From the human T2T-CHM13v2.0 reference genome, Homo sapiens: DNA of 64,000 nt. Under the pieces are notes generated by a model that saw only the letters and a list, made by a program, of their open reading frames with translations, was not told where the DNA came from and made no database searches. Made by a program: the position numbers and the translations under genes. Shown here in pieces: positions 13,350 to 33,719 of this stretch. The stretch is taken from NCBI RefSeq assembly GCF_009914755.1, contig NC_060939.1; one strand, given 5' to 3'. The number at the start of each line of letters is the position of its first letter. Position 1 is the stretch's first letter.

Positions 13350-13528
13350 GCTAGGCACAGTGGTGTGTGCCTATAATCCCAGCCACTTCGGAAGCTGGAG
13401 TGGGAGGATCATTTGAGGCCAGGAGTTCAAGGCTGCAGTGCACTGTGCTCCACACCTGTGAACAGACACTGCATTCCAGCCTGGACAAGATAGTGAGACT
13501 CCATCTCTTAAAAAAAAAAAAAAAAAAA
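13350..13528 (+). mobile_element. FAM (fossil Alu monomer)
   Basis: Monomer with CCTGTGAACAGACACTGCA segment and poly(A). Confidence 0.8.
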
Positions 13529-13559
13529 GGCAAAAAAGGCAAAAAAAGAAAACAACTCT

Positions 13560-13760
13560 GTAGTCACACAGATGTAAGTTCAAATCCCAGCTTCCCGACT
13601 TACTACTCCTGGGACATTAAGTTATTTCACTTGTCTAAGCCTCATTGCACTCATCTGTAATTATAGACAATATCATTTTTTATCTTATAGATAAGATTAA
13701 ATGAAAGAATGCATATAAAGCACTTAGCACAGAGCCTGGAACAAAGAACTCAATAATTTT
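13560..13760. mobile_element. MIR
   Basis: GTTCAAATCCCAGCTT..CTCATCTGTAA..AAAGCACTTAGCACAG. Confidence 0.7.
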
Positions 13761-13958
13761 TTAATCAATTAACATATATTACAAATTAAAGATATGTAAT
13801 ATGGACTTTATAGCAAATAACTCTCTAAGACACAAAAATGGCACCGTGTCATAATATTCATAACTTATCAGTACCTTCATTTTAATTGTAATTATGTCAG
13901 AAATATTATTTTTAAAGGAACAAAGAATTACAGAGAAAGGATGTAAAAAAAGAATACT

Positions 13959-14272
<314 letters not shown>

Positions 14273-14468
14273 CTAAATCCTTAACTTTTATCTTTTTATT
14301 AGATTATAATTGATAATTATATAGGATTATTTATAAGTAGATAGGTTTTGACATATGATACTTGAGAATAAAATATTGACATAAAATTTTAAAAAGTAAC
14401 TGGATCTCTAATCAAGTGAGAAAACATTCTATAGCAATTCTAAACCATAAACCCAAACTTAATCATAA

Positions 14469-14793
<325 letters not shown>

Positions 14794-14809
14794 TAACCTT
14801 TTTACATTT

Positions 14810-15047
14810 TTTTATTATGCAATAGTTATAGATACACAAAATTGCAAAAAATAGTAAGGAGATGTCCCATGTGCCCTTCACCCACCTTCCCCCAGTGGTA
14901 AAATCTTACATAACTATAGTATGTTATCAAAACCAGGAAATTTACATTAGCACTGAAATTTAATTCACATACCATAAAATTCACCATTTTATAGTATACA
15001 ATTAAATGGTTTTTAGTATGTTCCCAGAGTTGTGCAACCCTCACCAC
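14810..15047 (-). mobile_element. L1M 3' end fragments
   Basis: Resembles L1MB/MC 3' termini in antisense. Confidence 0.6.
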
Positions 15048-15053
15048 TAACTA

Positions 15054-15430
<377 letters not shown>

Positions 15431-15458
15431 TCACCTATTTTGCTCAAGCTATAGGTAA

Positions 15459-16078
<620 letters not shown>

Positions 16079-16109
16079 CATTTGCATTATTTAATAATCA
16101 TTTTTTCAG

Positions 16110-16860
<751 letters not shown>

Positions 16861-17154
16861 CACAGGAAGGTAAAACCTACACAAGTTGGTCCCCACATCT
16901 GGCAAGGGCAAATGGGAAGCCAGAGAATAGAATGTGGTCAGCACTAAATAGTTAGTGGCCCGTCCAGCAGAGGGTTCTATACCCAGCACCAGTGCACTGT
17001 GGCAGAGTATTGTGCAGTGAGGTGTTCACTATGACTCATTGATTGTTGAATATTTTAAATGTCACCCCCACATGGAGGCCAGGCCCAGAGGGCTCCTTTA
17101 AACCATTAAGCCTCTACCATCACACACAGCTACAACAACAAAAAATAGATCTCA

Positions 17155-17444
17155 GCCGGCGCGGTGGCTCAGGCCTGTAATCCCAGTACTTTGGGAAGCT
17201 GAGGCAGGTGGATCACCTTAGGTCAGGAGTTCGAGATCAGCCTGGTCAACATGGCGAAACCCTGTCTCTATTAAAAATACAGAAATTAGCCAGGTGTGGT
17301 GACTTGAGCCTACAGTCCGAGCTACTGGGGAGGCTGAGGCAGGAGAATCACTTGAACCCAGGATGCGGAGGTTGCAGTGAGTCAAGATTGCGCCACTGCA
17401 GCCTGGGCGACAGAGCAAGTCTCCGTCTCAAAAAAAAAAAAAAA
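17155..17444 (+). mobile_element. AluS
   Basis: Alu consensus. Confidence 0.9.
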
Positions 17445-18962
17445 GATCTCCAATGTTCTTTCATTATCCTCAACCTGCTTCTCCAGATTCTCCCTCCAGA
17501 TTCGTCCAGGTATTTCTGCTTAAGGCTCTCACTCCAACCCCTCTGTTTCTCTGTTTTGATCTTTTGTTTCTCCATTTAGTCAATCATTTTAATTCTCCCT
17601 CCACTCTAACTTCGGCTGTCTAAAGTAAGGCTTTACTGGCCATGGAAAGTCCACCTCCTGCCATCATGTCTACCCATTCCTGAAGCACCAGACCTGAAGA
17701 CATAGTAGACACAGAGTCACATTGGGTCTATTAATCCATTAAGAAATTATTACCAAAAAAAGTTAATAGAAAACTCTTAACATATAATACCAATCCAGCT
17801 AAAGCCCAAGGTTTTCAGGAATCTTTAGGTTGGAGTTTCAAGATGTCATTTTATACAATACAGATTTCCATTTGTTTGTACTGCCTCAATTAACTAAATA
17901 TACAACACTCTTAAGTTTAAAAATGAACTTAAAGTACACATATCACATTATGCCTTAGTGTACATTTACATACACTATGAATGCACCTATTTAATACCTC
18001 TCACTACCAAGAGAAGGTGTGACCATCACACAAAGAATCTTACCAGCAAAGGTATAACTAAGCAGTGATGGCAATTAGAAATGGTGATAAAAGACTCTAT
18101 TAAATGAGAGGCTAATAGTATAAATTAGCATAAAGCAAAGGAGATAATAAGAGATGAACAGAAGGGCTATCTTGTTCAGGAAAGATGGCAAGAAATAAAA
18201 TTGTGGAATTCAGAAAGTGAAAAAAAAGTAAAATTCTTCCACTTCTTTTGTCATTGTCTTTCAGCCAGAAAGTAGCTTATGTGAGATAAATCATTAGTAA
18301 AAATAGTCCATAATATTTTATAATGACACACTGAAAGATCTCATTTGCAGCAAGATAGTATATCATTATATCTGTCTCTTTAAAAATAATCAGACTGACC
18401 AGTATACCCAATATTACAAATTAGAATATGGGTAATATCTCCTTACCATAAAATTAGAAAACAGTTTATAGATGTACAGTCTGTAATGTGGCTATTCATT
18501 TAAACAAACTTTTTAAAATTATTTAAGATAAATTTAAAAGTAAGCAAAGAAAGTATTAAGTTTTCAGATTAGCTGTGCTGCTTAGTTGGTTCAGTGTTTT
18601 ATGTTCTGTAGCTACACCAAGCAAACTCCTCTCCTGGTTTTTTTAAAACCTATTTCACATGTACTAGAATCTGAAGCTGGGCATAGTTTGAAGAAGTTGC
18701 ATTCCAGTACTGGGACTTCCTTATGTTTTTATCAGAGTTTCACTGCTCAACAGCCAAATTTCTTTTGATAGTATAACTTCCAAATGGCCTCCCGAAGAGC
18801 TGAGGGGCTATTCTGTTAGACAGATAAGTGTATACTGAGAAATTGCAGGCTTAATATGCCTTATAACATTCCAGGCATCATTGCCAATCCATGGAGTCCT
18901 TCTGACCTACAAACCTCCAATTCCATAATAACTTTGGGGCCTTTAGAGTCTTCTAGAGGCAA

Positions 18963-19259
<297 letters not shown>

Positions 19260-19372
19260 TGCTCTAGAGGCAAAAAATCTAAAAGAGGGCAGGCTAGATG
19301 CTTTCTCCATCTTAAATTACCTCTGGAAGTACATGAGATCCTTATGTGAATTCACTAATTCTGCTTTCTTGT

Positions 19373-19679
19373 GTTTTTTGTCTGTTTGTTTGTTTTGAGA
19401 CAGAGTTTCTCTCTTGTTGCCCAGGCTGGAGTGCAATGGCGTGATTTCGGCTCACCCACAACCTTCGCCTCCCCAGTTCAAACGATTCTCCTGCCTCAGC
19501 CTCCAGAGTAGCTGGGATTACAGGCATGCGTCACCACACCCAGCTAATTTTTTATTTTTAGTAGAGACAGGGTTTCTCCACGTTGGTCAGGCTGGTCTCA
19601 AACTCCAGACCTCAGGGGATCCACCCACCTCGGCCTCCCAAAGTGCTGGGATTACAGGCGTGAGCCACCGCACCCGGCC
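19373..19679 (-). mobile_element. AluSp/Sq
   Basis: TSD CTTTCTTGTGTT. Confidence 0.9.
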
Positions 19680-21020
19680 TTTCTTGTGTTATGATCAATG
19701 TTCTTACCTGCTTGGTTCAAGTCTAACAAAACAAGAATCTTAGTGGCACCTCCTGCCTAGAGTATTTGGAATCCTTTGGAAATCCTGAAGCCAACTTTTC
19801 CACTCAGTATCCTCAAAATTAGACTGAGGCCCAGACTACAGGCCCTTGGGTTAAGTCAGGGTGTAGAGAAAAAAGGCTCTGCACCTGTCTGGAGGTGAAG
19901 GATAATTTGCCTGACTAAGGAGTGCCTGGATGGAGTACCAGACTATGAGGGTTCCTAATGATTTGGCTTTTTCCTGCTACAAGTTCACTGAAAGTGGCCA
20001 GACATTTGAGTGTGCCCTAGGGCATGCGGGTTTGATGTACCACTATTTATTTCAGGTCTTGGGCCTGTGGGCCTTTGCTAATTTTTCTGGCTCCCACAAT
20101 ACCACTTCACAGCAAGCCCCCTTAATCTCTCCAATAAAGTGGAGTGTCCGTATTGTCAGTCATCCCCTATTCATCAGTCTTTAGACTATCCCTTCTTTTT
20201 CTCCTTTTCCAGAGCAAAATAACCTATTAGCATTGGCATTCTGCCGAACACTGATTGCCCAAATGCCGAACAGTGCTTTCTTGGAGGTTCCCATCCCCAA
20301 AGCTCTAGCCTGGCATTGTGTTGAGTGCTAAAAGTACACCCTGTATAAGGCTGGGAACTTCGAAGCTGTCAGGGGTTCACTGGGGAATTCAGAGACGCAA
20401 TCCTCGGTCCTCAAGAGAAGCTATTTTTGGTGGCCACTTAGGTTTGGGAACAGAGATGCTGAAATGTGCCTTTTAGGACTCCATGGGTCACATTTCTTAA
20501 CTGTTAATGCACAATTGGGGCTGCACTGTATTCATCAAAGGATTTTCAAACATCGGCTAAATGTTACAATTTGATACCCTCTTTTTTGTCAGATGATTAA
20601 ACTGATCCTGAAGAGAAGAGTCCTCTTGGAAATAAAATTCATATGTAGTTACTGCAGCCACAGAATGAAGATTGAAATCTGAATCCACCTTTTCTTGACA
20701 TAATGCCATTGCTTTGTGAAGAATCTTAATTTGTGTTATACAATTTTAGAATTAGATTTAATTCAACACTAGCTTTATGCATTATTAGTTTAGATTGATT
20801 CCTCTCTGCATGTCAAGTATGATTGAAATTTACTGACAGGAATTTTCCCCAAGCAGATTTCTGTTGTTTGACTCAACTATACCAGAGTAAGTCAGATAAA
20901 CATACTAAAGAAAAAAACTAAAGACTTTACATTTTTAACTTTTCCACTTAGAAGTAGTCTGCTGTTAACTCAGCCTCTAATGCTCTTTACGCATCCCCAT
21001 GCCATTTTTGCTTTTGGCAA

Positions 21021-21321
21021 TTTTTTTTTTTTTTTTAGGAGACAGCGTTTCCATCTGTAGCCCAGGCTGGAGTACAATGGCACAATCATAGCTCATTGTA
21101 ACCTCAAACTCCTGGGCTTACAAAATCCTCCCACCTCAGCCCCCTCATGTAGCTAGGACTACAGGTATACACCAACATGCCAGCCTAAATTTTAAATTTT
21201 TTGTAGAGACAAGGTCTTGCTATGTTGCCCAGGATAGACTCAAACTCCTGGCCTCGAGGGATCCTCCTGCCTTGGTCCCCCAAAGCACTGAGATTATAGG
21301 CATAAACCACAGTGCCTGGCC
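21021..21321 (-). mobile_element. AluJ
   Basis: TSD TGCTTTTGGCAATTTT. Confidence 0.88.
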
Positions 21322-21915
21322 CTGCTTTTGGCAATTTTTCATAACCTGGTTCAAATTTCATCTCCTTTGAAAAACAATTATTAATTTTGGAATCCCTCCC
21401 CATTTCCCAAACTCCAACCCAAATCTGCATTGCCACAACATATCCCCTTGTCTTAGCTCCAAATTCCATGATGCTTTATAGTTTGTTATTTACGTGTTTG
21501 CAATCCCTAAGTTGTAAGCCCTTCGACAACAGGGGCCTTGACTTTTCCTTTCCCCTAGTGCGTCAAGTTGTGAACAAAATTTATTTTTAAAAAATATACA
21601 AATATACAATAATCTACTGTTTTTAGGTCAGGAGAGACAAAAAATACTAACCAATAAATACAACAGCATCAAACTGGTATAATGACGCACTGCAGAATCT
21701 TTAGACTCCTACCCACTTGAAAATAGGTATGCATATCTGTAGACAACCTAGCATTTACCTTGCAAGGGAAGAGAATCTATTAAGACAATTCAGGAATAAA
21801 TCAAAAGTTAGAAATGTGAGATTCCTTCTTCACCTCTCCCTCTCCCTCACATTTTACATCCAGTCAATCAACACTTGTCCATTTTACCTACTAAATATCT
21901 CTGTAACCCAGTAGT

Positions 21916-22099
21916 AGTGATTCTCAAACCTCAGCAAGCCTAAGAATCACCTGGAAGACTTGTTAAACAGACTGCTGAACTCCATCCCCGGAGTTTTTGA
22001 TTCACTAGGTCTGGGATGGGGTCAAGAATTTGCATTTCTAACAAGTACCCAGGTGATATGGATAATGCCTATCTAGGGGCCATACTTTGAGAACCACTG
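21916..22099. mobile_element. MER5A (hAT-Charlie MITE)
   Basis: AGTGATTCTCAAAC...TTTGAGAACCACTG terminal inverted repeats; AGAATCACCTGG core. Confidence 0.85.
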
Positions 22100-22149
22100 C
22101 TTTATCCAATCCCTTATTTCATTTTCCATGCTTTGAGAGGCCTCACAAT

Positions 22150-24060
<1,911 letters not shown>

Positions 24061-24747
24061 AAATACCTCAAAGACCTCATAAATACCACACTAACATACT
24101 GTACTTCTCACCCGGGAGAGGGGTCACACAGCAAAACGGTTTGTAATGGAATGGATTAAAACTATAAAGAGTTATACAGGTGTTAGAACTGTTTATTGTT
24201 TTCAGGAATAAGAAAATTTGAAGTGAAGTTAACATAGCAATCATGTAGCACAAACAAATTAGAACAAATATTTATTGAATTAAAACTATGTAAGGCATCG
24301 AACTAGATGTGATAATTCTTAGGGTTTATGATTTATAGCTTTCTCTTAATCTATTATAAACTCTAGAGTGCCTGGCAAGCACAGGGCTCAATACATTTGT
24401 TCTCTCCCTCCCTCTCTCACCCTAGCTACCACAGCTACTAAGTGGTTGAGCCACAATCAAATCCAAATATTGGTTATACTATGGAAATGCCCCTGCACAC
24501 ACATTCTATTTATGGTAGTATCTTATTTAACTGCACAATTTAACCTGGCTGCTTAATCCATTATTTTAATATGTCTCTCAGTAAAATCAAATTCATTTCT
24601 AGAGTAGCTCACCTTTCAGTAATCACAAAAAACTGATTAACATTTCTGACTTGAAAATAGGTATTTTTTCAACACATATTTCTATTAGAAATGTTGCAAT
24701 ATATATTCTCATAATTTATAAACTATTATAAGCTGAAAGATAGTTCA

Positions 24748-25074
<327 letters not shown>

Positions 25075-25080
25075 TTATAA

Positions 25081-25203
25081 GCAGGGCACGGTGGTGCACT
25101 TCTGTAGTCCCAACTACTTGGGAGGCTGAGGCGAGAGAATCACTTCAGCCCAGGAATTCAAGTCCAGCCTAGGCAACATAGCAAGATCCCGTTTCTTAAA
25201 AAC
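25081..25203 (+). mobile_element. FLAM
   Basis: Monomer consensus. Confidence 0.8.
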
Positions 25204-25340
25204 ATAAAAATTCCTTAGGATATTACATGCCTAAGCATGTAAATGACTCCTTCAGTATACTGAGTTCAAAGATATTAGTTATCTTTTCATTTTTTAATTT
25301 TCCCTATTTTCTCCAAATAACAAAGTAAGCTGATAAATGT

Positions 25341-25345
<5 letters not shown>

Positions 25346-25374
<29 letters not shown>
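25346..25374. repeat. (TA)n microsatellite
   Basis: Read directly. Confidence 0.95.
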
Positions 25375-25379
<5 letters not shown>

Positions 25380-28125
25380 CTCCATAAATGAAACAGATGA
25401 ATGAAAAACAGATGAGTAGACCAGATCTGCATTTACGAGGAAATGACCTTCAAAACTGGCAGGGAGCTGTTAACAATGTTCTTCACAGGGGAGCAATTAT
25501 ACTACAACCCTCCTATGTATACTTTCATTTCTCATGGTCTACAAATACATTTGCATATCAGAAAGAGTGAAAGAATAGTCTGGTAACTGTGGCAACCTTC
25601 ATTGAAAAGATATAAGGCATTTTCATTACCTTAATAATTACATCCTAAATGCCAGATCGGAATAAATGCTGCATTATGAAAGGATAGACAAATACTTTGA
25701 CAGAATTTCTTATAACTGAAATTTACCAAATGGAACTATCATGACTCCAACCCAGTGATACATTTCTGATTCTGTAATATCCTAAGTAGTCTCTGATTAT
25801 GCTAAGGCAGTAAAATCATTCTAAAATAGATACTTTATTTAAACAAAAATATGGCATACAACACTTTAAGGAAAATGAGTTCAAATTATCACCATAAAAT
25901 ATACAGTGCTACAATGCCTAAAATGTTGGGAATATTGCTTAACCTAATAAGAAGTTCACAGATCCTTTCCATACTGATTTAAAAGATCCTATGCCCAGTA
26001 TTTAACAAATAAGCACATGCACATATACACACACACTCACTACAGAAATGCATGAAGGGAAAAGCTGATAAGAAAAGCTCAATTTCTAAATGTTCAAAAA
26101 AGCTACATGCAGAAAATGTTAATTTCATATAAGATACTGTCTTTTTGCTACATTTCCTCACATGGGTAAAAACAAAAGCAATTCGCCAAAGTGATGCCAA
26201 AGAATGACAACATTACATATACTTAACAATCCCTGTGTTCTTTAGATTCCATGCAAAAATCACAATGCACAATCATTAACATGTCTAGACAGTGGACACT
26301 TACTACAGTGTGGCCATATTACACCAAGCTTAATTTTTTAGGTGGCCTAGATATTTTATAAAATTAAATTGTAATAATGTAAAATGAGAGCAGTAGGAAA
26401 ATAAGTACAGCTATAGTGGGATATAGCAAGCACAAATCCAATAAGTCCTATTTAACTCAAAAATATTTTTTTTCTAAATGGTAATAAAAACTACCCACAA
26501 TTATAATACCAATCAAGCAACCTCAAAGGTTCCACTAACTGGGAAAAAAATAACTATTTGCCTCACTGCAATACTTTAAAACCACAAGGTTAACAATCAT
26601 TTCTAGCGAAATGGTGATGTGAATTGTGTTTTATTTGTATTCTACACCTTGGCAAAAGTTAATGACCTGCCTCGGAAATTATTTCACATACCCCAAAAGT
26701 ATTCTTAGGACTTATAAAGTCTAAATCTCACACTCCCCTTGATATGCTATTGGATAAATGCTTTAAATTTTAAAACAAAAGGATAAAGACTTTTAAAAAG
26801 CTCTAGACAATATACTCAAATGGTGAAGATATCAACTCAATGTATTCTCATACCCCAGCAAAACAAAAAAAGCAAAAAAAAACTGGACATGGCACAATGA
26901 TACAATAGGAACAAAAAGTAGTATTCCACTCATTCAGCAAGGAAATAATACAGAGCATCTCTCTATCATATTCAACTACAAAAATCCTTTCACTTGATGG
27001 CTAGCATCTTTATGACTGCTTAGTCTGTATTTAAGTAGCCTTAAAAAGAGATTTTGTGCTCTTTCTCTACCCTCATGGATCTTTGGCAGCAGTCAGCACT
27101 TATGCCCAGAGCTGGTTTCGAGGGGAGGGAGAAAAGGGAAAGTGAGGAGAAGGCTGAACTGAGCACGGAGTCAGCAGAGACCAGCTGCTCTCATACACTA
27201 CCCAGTGTCTTTCTCACACACCGCTATTTTCCGCGATTGAGCACTGTCAGCAAAAATAAATAAATAAGGAGGCGGGGGGCAAGAAGACACTGAGGGTAGG
27301 ACCCAGGCCGACAGTTTTTGTCTGTCACATCTGAGCCAGAAGCCTCCTCCTGTTTTCCTGCTGCAAAGGCAAAGGATCAGGTGAGACCCCTCTGGGTCCA
27401 GCTCAATTAGCTTCTCCACAAAGAGCAGCTTCCGGCGATGAGCGCAGGATCCTCCTGGCTGATGAACTAAACACGGGAGCATTGTCAATGTTTTCAATCT
27501 CTGACTTTTTCATAAGGGAGGAGAGAGGGCTGTGACTGCATTCCCGGGAAAGACTACTACTCCTGACGTGCACACAGCAGTAGCGAAGGAACATGAGCAA
27601 GAGGTTGTAAAAATCCCTTCAAAAATACCAGGTTCTGAAAGAAATGCTGTTGAGCATTACCGTATTGTTGGCGTTTTTCCTAAGTCGCCGATTCTTCCTG
27701 GCCACTTCCAAGCCCCAAATCGCTGGGACTTGTTGCTAAATCTTTATCTCACGTCCCCTAGAACCGCCCAACACAATAAAATTTGGGGATCAAAAGGCGG
27801 GAGGGGGCCTAAATCTCTAAAACCCAGAGGACTGGGCTTCCTTCAATAGGCCACTCCGCATGGGCTGCGCGTTCAGTTCTACCTTCTGAAAGCTCTGACT
27901 CACAAATGGTGGGGGGAGGAATTATGACATAAACCATTATCCTTCCAACCCAAGAAAGATAAGAAAAGCCAGCCATACGTCCTTGCCCGGGCAGAGAGCC
28001 AAAGCCTGCGCCCCCGACGGGGCGGCCGGGCTAGGAGCCTACCGCCCTACCCGCCTCCCTCCGGGCGCCCCGGAAAGGTGCACCTTACTCGGGCGGGCTC
28101 GAGGAACCAGGACGGGGCGCCCTCA

Positions 28126-28720
<595 letters not shown>

Positions 28721-28741
28721 CAGTGCCCGTGCCCAGCTCGC

Positions 28742-28815
28742 GGGGCGGGGCCTCAACTGGAGGGGGCCAATGGGGGTCAGCGCGGCGGAACCGAGTGGCA
28801 GACCGAAAAGCCAAT
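28742..28815. promoter_or_regulatory. GC box plus two CCAAT boxes (SP/KLF and NF-Y type core promoter)
   Basis: GGGGCGGGGC at 28742-28751; CCAAT at 28767-28771 and 28811-28815 (AGCCAATC); no TATA box seen. Confidence 0.7.
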
Positions 28816-29612
28816 CGAGATAGAGTACTGGGATGATGGGCGGGATAAAGAAGCAATCACAGAAAAGCAGTCGGACCTAGTCAAGCCGGAGCAGCCCTCT
28901 AGCGTCCCAAACGAGGGGTTCCTCTCCGCCCCGTGGTTCCTATGGATGCTGTTTCCCCTCCCCCGGGCCAGGTGTGAGCACCCAACTGGATTGATGTCTG
29001 CCGCCTGAAATACACTTGATCTGCGTTTCCGAAGCCAAGCCTCGCACCCTGCAACACCGCGGTTCCCGCCCTCTTGGGAGCCGGAGCGAGGAGGCGGCAG
29101 GGTGCTGGATCACAGTCCCTGCACCTGCAGAATGCGGATACCTCTCGCTCCAGATAGGGCGACTGCCCCCGACCTGTGCTGTACCCTAAGTTGGCCCGTC
29201 TGGCCTCTGTGCTCCAGCCCTCTTATTTTGGGAAACAGGAGCTACTTAAATAAAAGCTAAAGGGACCTCAGAGGTTCTGAAGTACCCAGGTTTAATCCCC
29301 TAAAAAACCCTCCACTCTAACACCCTTTGCCTCCTTCTTTTTATTTCAGAAGACAAAAGGAGACTGCTCCTTCAGCTGGTAGGGAGCAGAGGAAGCAATG
29401 AATCTTCTCCTTGCACTTTTAGAACTGGAAATTATGTCTTCAGACTTTCTCAATAGAACAACATAGTATGTCAGGAGGTATACATCACAAAGAATTGTCT
29501 CCTTCTCTTTGTCACCCCAAATTTACAGACTTCAAGGTTTTTTACCAGAACTTCAATAAGAGATATTCTCCCTCAAAGATTTTTGATGTGAGGAAATGTT
29601 ATAAAATAATTA

Positions 29613-29935
<323 letters not shown>

Positions 29936-30159
29936 TTAATGCTGTAATAAATATATTAATTTAAAATAATGAAATAGGCATAATTTCCTATTACTTTCAT
30001 TTGCACTGTTCTTGTTTATAGGTATAATGTGTAACAAAAATGAAACTCTACATTAGCCTAGAAAACTATCCCGCCTTTAAAGTATGCTTCTTCCCTAGTG
30101 TCTTTGGATTCCAATATTTTCCCCAATTTTTTTTTTTTTTTTTTGCATGGGGAGATTCA

Positions 30160-30170
30160 TTCTCTTTCAT

Positions 30171-30214
<44 letters not shown>

Positions 30215-30245
30215 CCTCCCCCTCTCCCTCCCCCTTTTTCTTTCT
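30160..30245. repeat. (CT)n / polypyrimidine tract
   Basis: Read directly. Confidence 0.9.
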
Positions 30246-30427
30246 ATCACCTTAGTAACCTGGACTGCTCTTAATTGGTTGCATTCTCCTTTGTGGCATT
30301 TAATAGCCATAGGAGCAGGATTCTCTTTTCAATGCAATTTGGATGGAGTTAGTTATGAGTCTAGAACTAGTAAGTCAAGTGTTCCAGGCATAAAACCAGG
30401 CATGCGCTCCACTACTTTGTAGCTTCA

Positions 30428-30685
<258 letters not shown>

Positions 30686-30839
30686 CTACAGCACTTAAAT
30701 CCCAGAGGAAGAAGACCTGTGAAGAAACTCAAAATTTCAGGAAGATCTTGGAGACAAGTAAAATTATTAATATGCCAAAGTGATATTCTACAAAGCTCAG
30801 CTTTGTTATGTAGCTGTAAGAAGATAATGAAATATTTCA

Positions 30840-31152
30840 GGCTGGGCGCAGTGGCTCACACCTGTAATCCCAGTACGTTAGGAGGCCGAGGTGGGTGGAT
30901 CACGAGGTCAGGAGTTCAAGACCAGCCTGGCCATCATGGTGAAACCCTGTCTCTACTGAAAATACAAAAATGAGCCGGGCATGGTGGCATGTGTCTGTAG
31001 TCTCAGCTACTCAGGAGGCTGAGGCAGGAGATTTGCTTGAACCTGGGAGGCGAAGGTTGCAGTGAGCTGAGATTGGCCACTGCACTCCAGCCTGGGAGAC
31101 AGCGAGACTCCATCTCAAAAAAAAAAAAAAAAAAAGAAAGAAAGGAAAAAAA
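30840..31152 (+). mobile_element. AluSg-like
   Basis: Alu consensus. Confidence 0.9.
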
Positions 31153-31465
31153 ATTCAAACTGAAAGAGCTTTTGTTGAAGGCAAAAGTTACTGTTTGTTA
31201 TAGAATCAACAAGAGCAAGAAAAAATGTCCAAGCTAGAGGAAGTCCATAAGTGTGATGGTAGGAAAGTGTTTTTAACAGGTTATCCAAATAAGCAGCTGT
31301 TAGAATGAAAAGGCAAAGCACTATGAATCCAGAAAAGCTCTAAGGAACTGAATGCAGTCTTTTTTCGAAGTATGGCCATAGTTGCAATCAACAGAGGTGA
31401 GACTGTATTTCCTATGTCAATGTGTTAAGTAGAATCCTTGCTCAGTCTGAGAAAATCATGTCTGA

Positions 31466-31784
<319 letters not shown>

Positions 31785-32046
31785 TTAAAAAAAATCACAT
31801 CTGCTTAGATGCTCACCTCACCGAAAGACCAGTTAGATATTCATTCATGCTTAGGTGTAATATCCAGAGAGAACTTCAAACTCTCCCTTCTTCTCTGATA
31901 CAAAACACTTTGTGAGGAATACAGAGAATGAAAAAATAATGGAAGAAAAGCAAGAATCTAGATGTATGTCTCCACAAAAAAGCTCATGAGAAGAAGCATA
32001 AGGAGAACTAGAAAGGAAGGGCTCATATAAAACCAAACTGAATTTT

Positions 32047-32150
32047 GGGAGACTGGGCAGAAGAATCAATTGAGCCAGGAGCTATGACTGCATCACTGCA
32101 CTCCAGCCTGGACAACAGAGCAAGACCTTGTCTCCAAATAAAATAAAAAG
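32047..32150 (+). mobile_element. Alu fragment
   Basis: Partial right arm. Confidence 0.7.
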
Positions 32151-33719
32151 TAAAACCAAACAGAAATATTTTGTTTATCTTTGTTTTCCTCAAATCTATT
32201 AACTAGGATGCCCAGAATGGAAAGGGCTTATTTAATAAAAGGCCTTATTTGCCCTTGAGAACCAGCGTGCCATAGCTTTCATGTGTCTTTAAGTATAAAG
32301 GAGGCCACATTTAAAAATAAGAATCCAAATTATAATGGCTCTGAACCCCCACCTTCCAAATTATCAGAATATCAGCCGTCTTTTGAATTTCTTTTCCTTC
32401 TCTACTATGAGGGAGTCCCCAGGGGAGGTACTATCCCCCACGTATGCCTGAAAAAACTAAACAAAGCATTTCGTGTCTCTGCTTCAGATATTCTATACCC
32501 TGCTGTTCTGGGACACTGGTCTCTCTCTTTAGCCAATGCAACCTTCACCATTTCTTTAGATTTTGGCAGGAAGGAGTACTGCCCTCTCTTCACCAAGACA
32601 TGACAAACACAGGCCCTTCCCATCAAAGTTTCCCCCAACACAGCTAAGACCAAGCTATAACTCCTAACAATATTTAGGAAAAAAAGAATAATCTGAAGTG
32701 TAACTTGGACGTATGACATAGCTACTTTCAAAGCCTCATGGACTATGGATTAGATACAGGCCTGGCCTTACTGTCAGGCTTCCATTCTGGTTCATGTGGC
32801 TGAAGATAGCTTCCCCTCTCCAGCAAGAGTTCCCCTGACTACGTCTTAGGCATTTACTCCCAATCACTGTGAAGAAAACAACTCTCCTTACCTAGGTTAG
32901 GGTCCACTTTCCAAGTCCCATTTTCTGTCCCAGGTGCTACCTCTTCCTAGAATGACTAACCATGGAAATATTTACTCTTCTGGAGGAAACCCCACCCTGC
33001 ATGCCCAAGGGTATGACCTTGACCTCTGATTCAACAGGGCTGTCATATCAGAACACAATAGTCAACATCAGCATGTTTCTCACAAAGGTTGAATTATTCA
33101 GTCTTTACACGTGGGTCAAGGTAAAGCCGTGTCAAAGCCAGTCCTGTCCCTTTGCATAATTATTTCTCCAGTAGAGCAGTGAAAATCATGCCTGTCCTTG
33201 CTTTCCTATATTCATTAGGTCTCAGCTTCTGCTATCTAAAGAGCAGGGGCTCAAAAGGACATTCACATCTCCACAGAAATAATAATGCATTGACACATAT
33301 ATGCTCTAAATCCACACAGAGGAAAGAAACAGATTTTCTGTTCTTCTCTTCTACATCAATGTCTGCAGAAGCAGTACTTCTGCTCCACACACAAAGATTT
33401 GCATATTCAAATGAAGCACTCTGCTTCTCAGTCTAAAGCATTTATATTCGGGTTAATTGTTGCTTTATAGTTTTCTAAGAGTAATACGTGTCTACTTGTT
33501 TGAATATGAGTAACTAAACAATTCATGTAGTTTTCCCAGAGTAGTCTTCTCTTGAAGAAATGCTCTAGTTTTCCCATTTATCAGGACAGAAAACCACATA
33601 CAGTTTAAGAGACAGTTTTTCTACCTAACCTTTAGACTTTTGGTTAGCCCCCATTACACTTAGAAGAGGTGGGTTTTTTTATATGGAAATATAAGCAGTA
33701 CACACGCTTTTTAAAATTC

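Noticed and set aside
13350-13528. Possible 7SL RNA gene
   Set aside because: Lacks the S domain and has a poly(A) tail; fits FAM.
32886-32896. Strong minus-strand donor TAG|GTAAGG about 4 kb upstream of exon 1 (possible alternative first exon)
   Set aside because: Such motifs arise by chance and no promoter is evident; spliced-read evidence would be needed.
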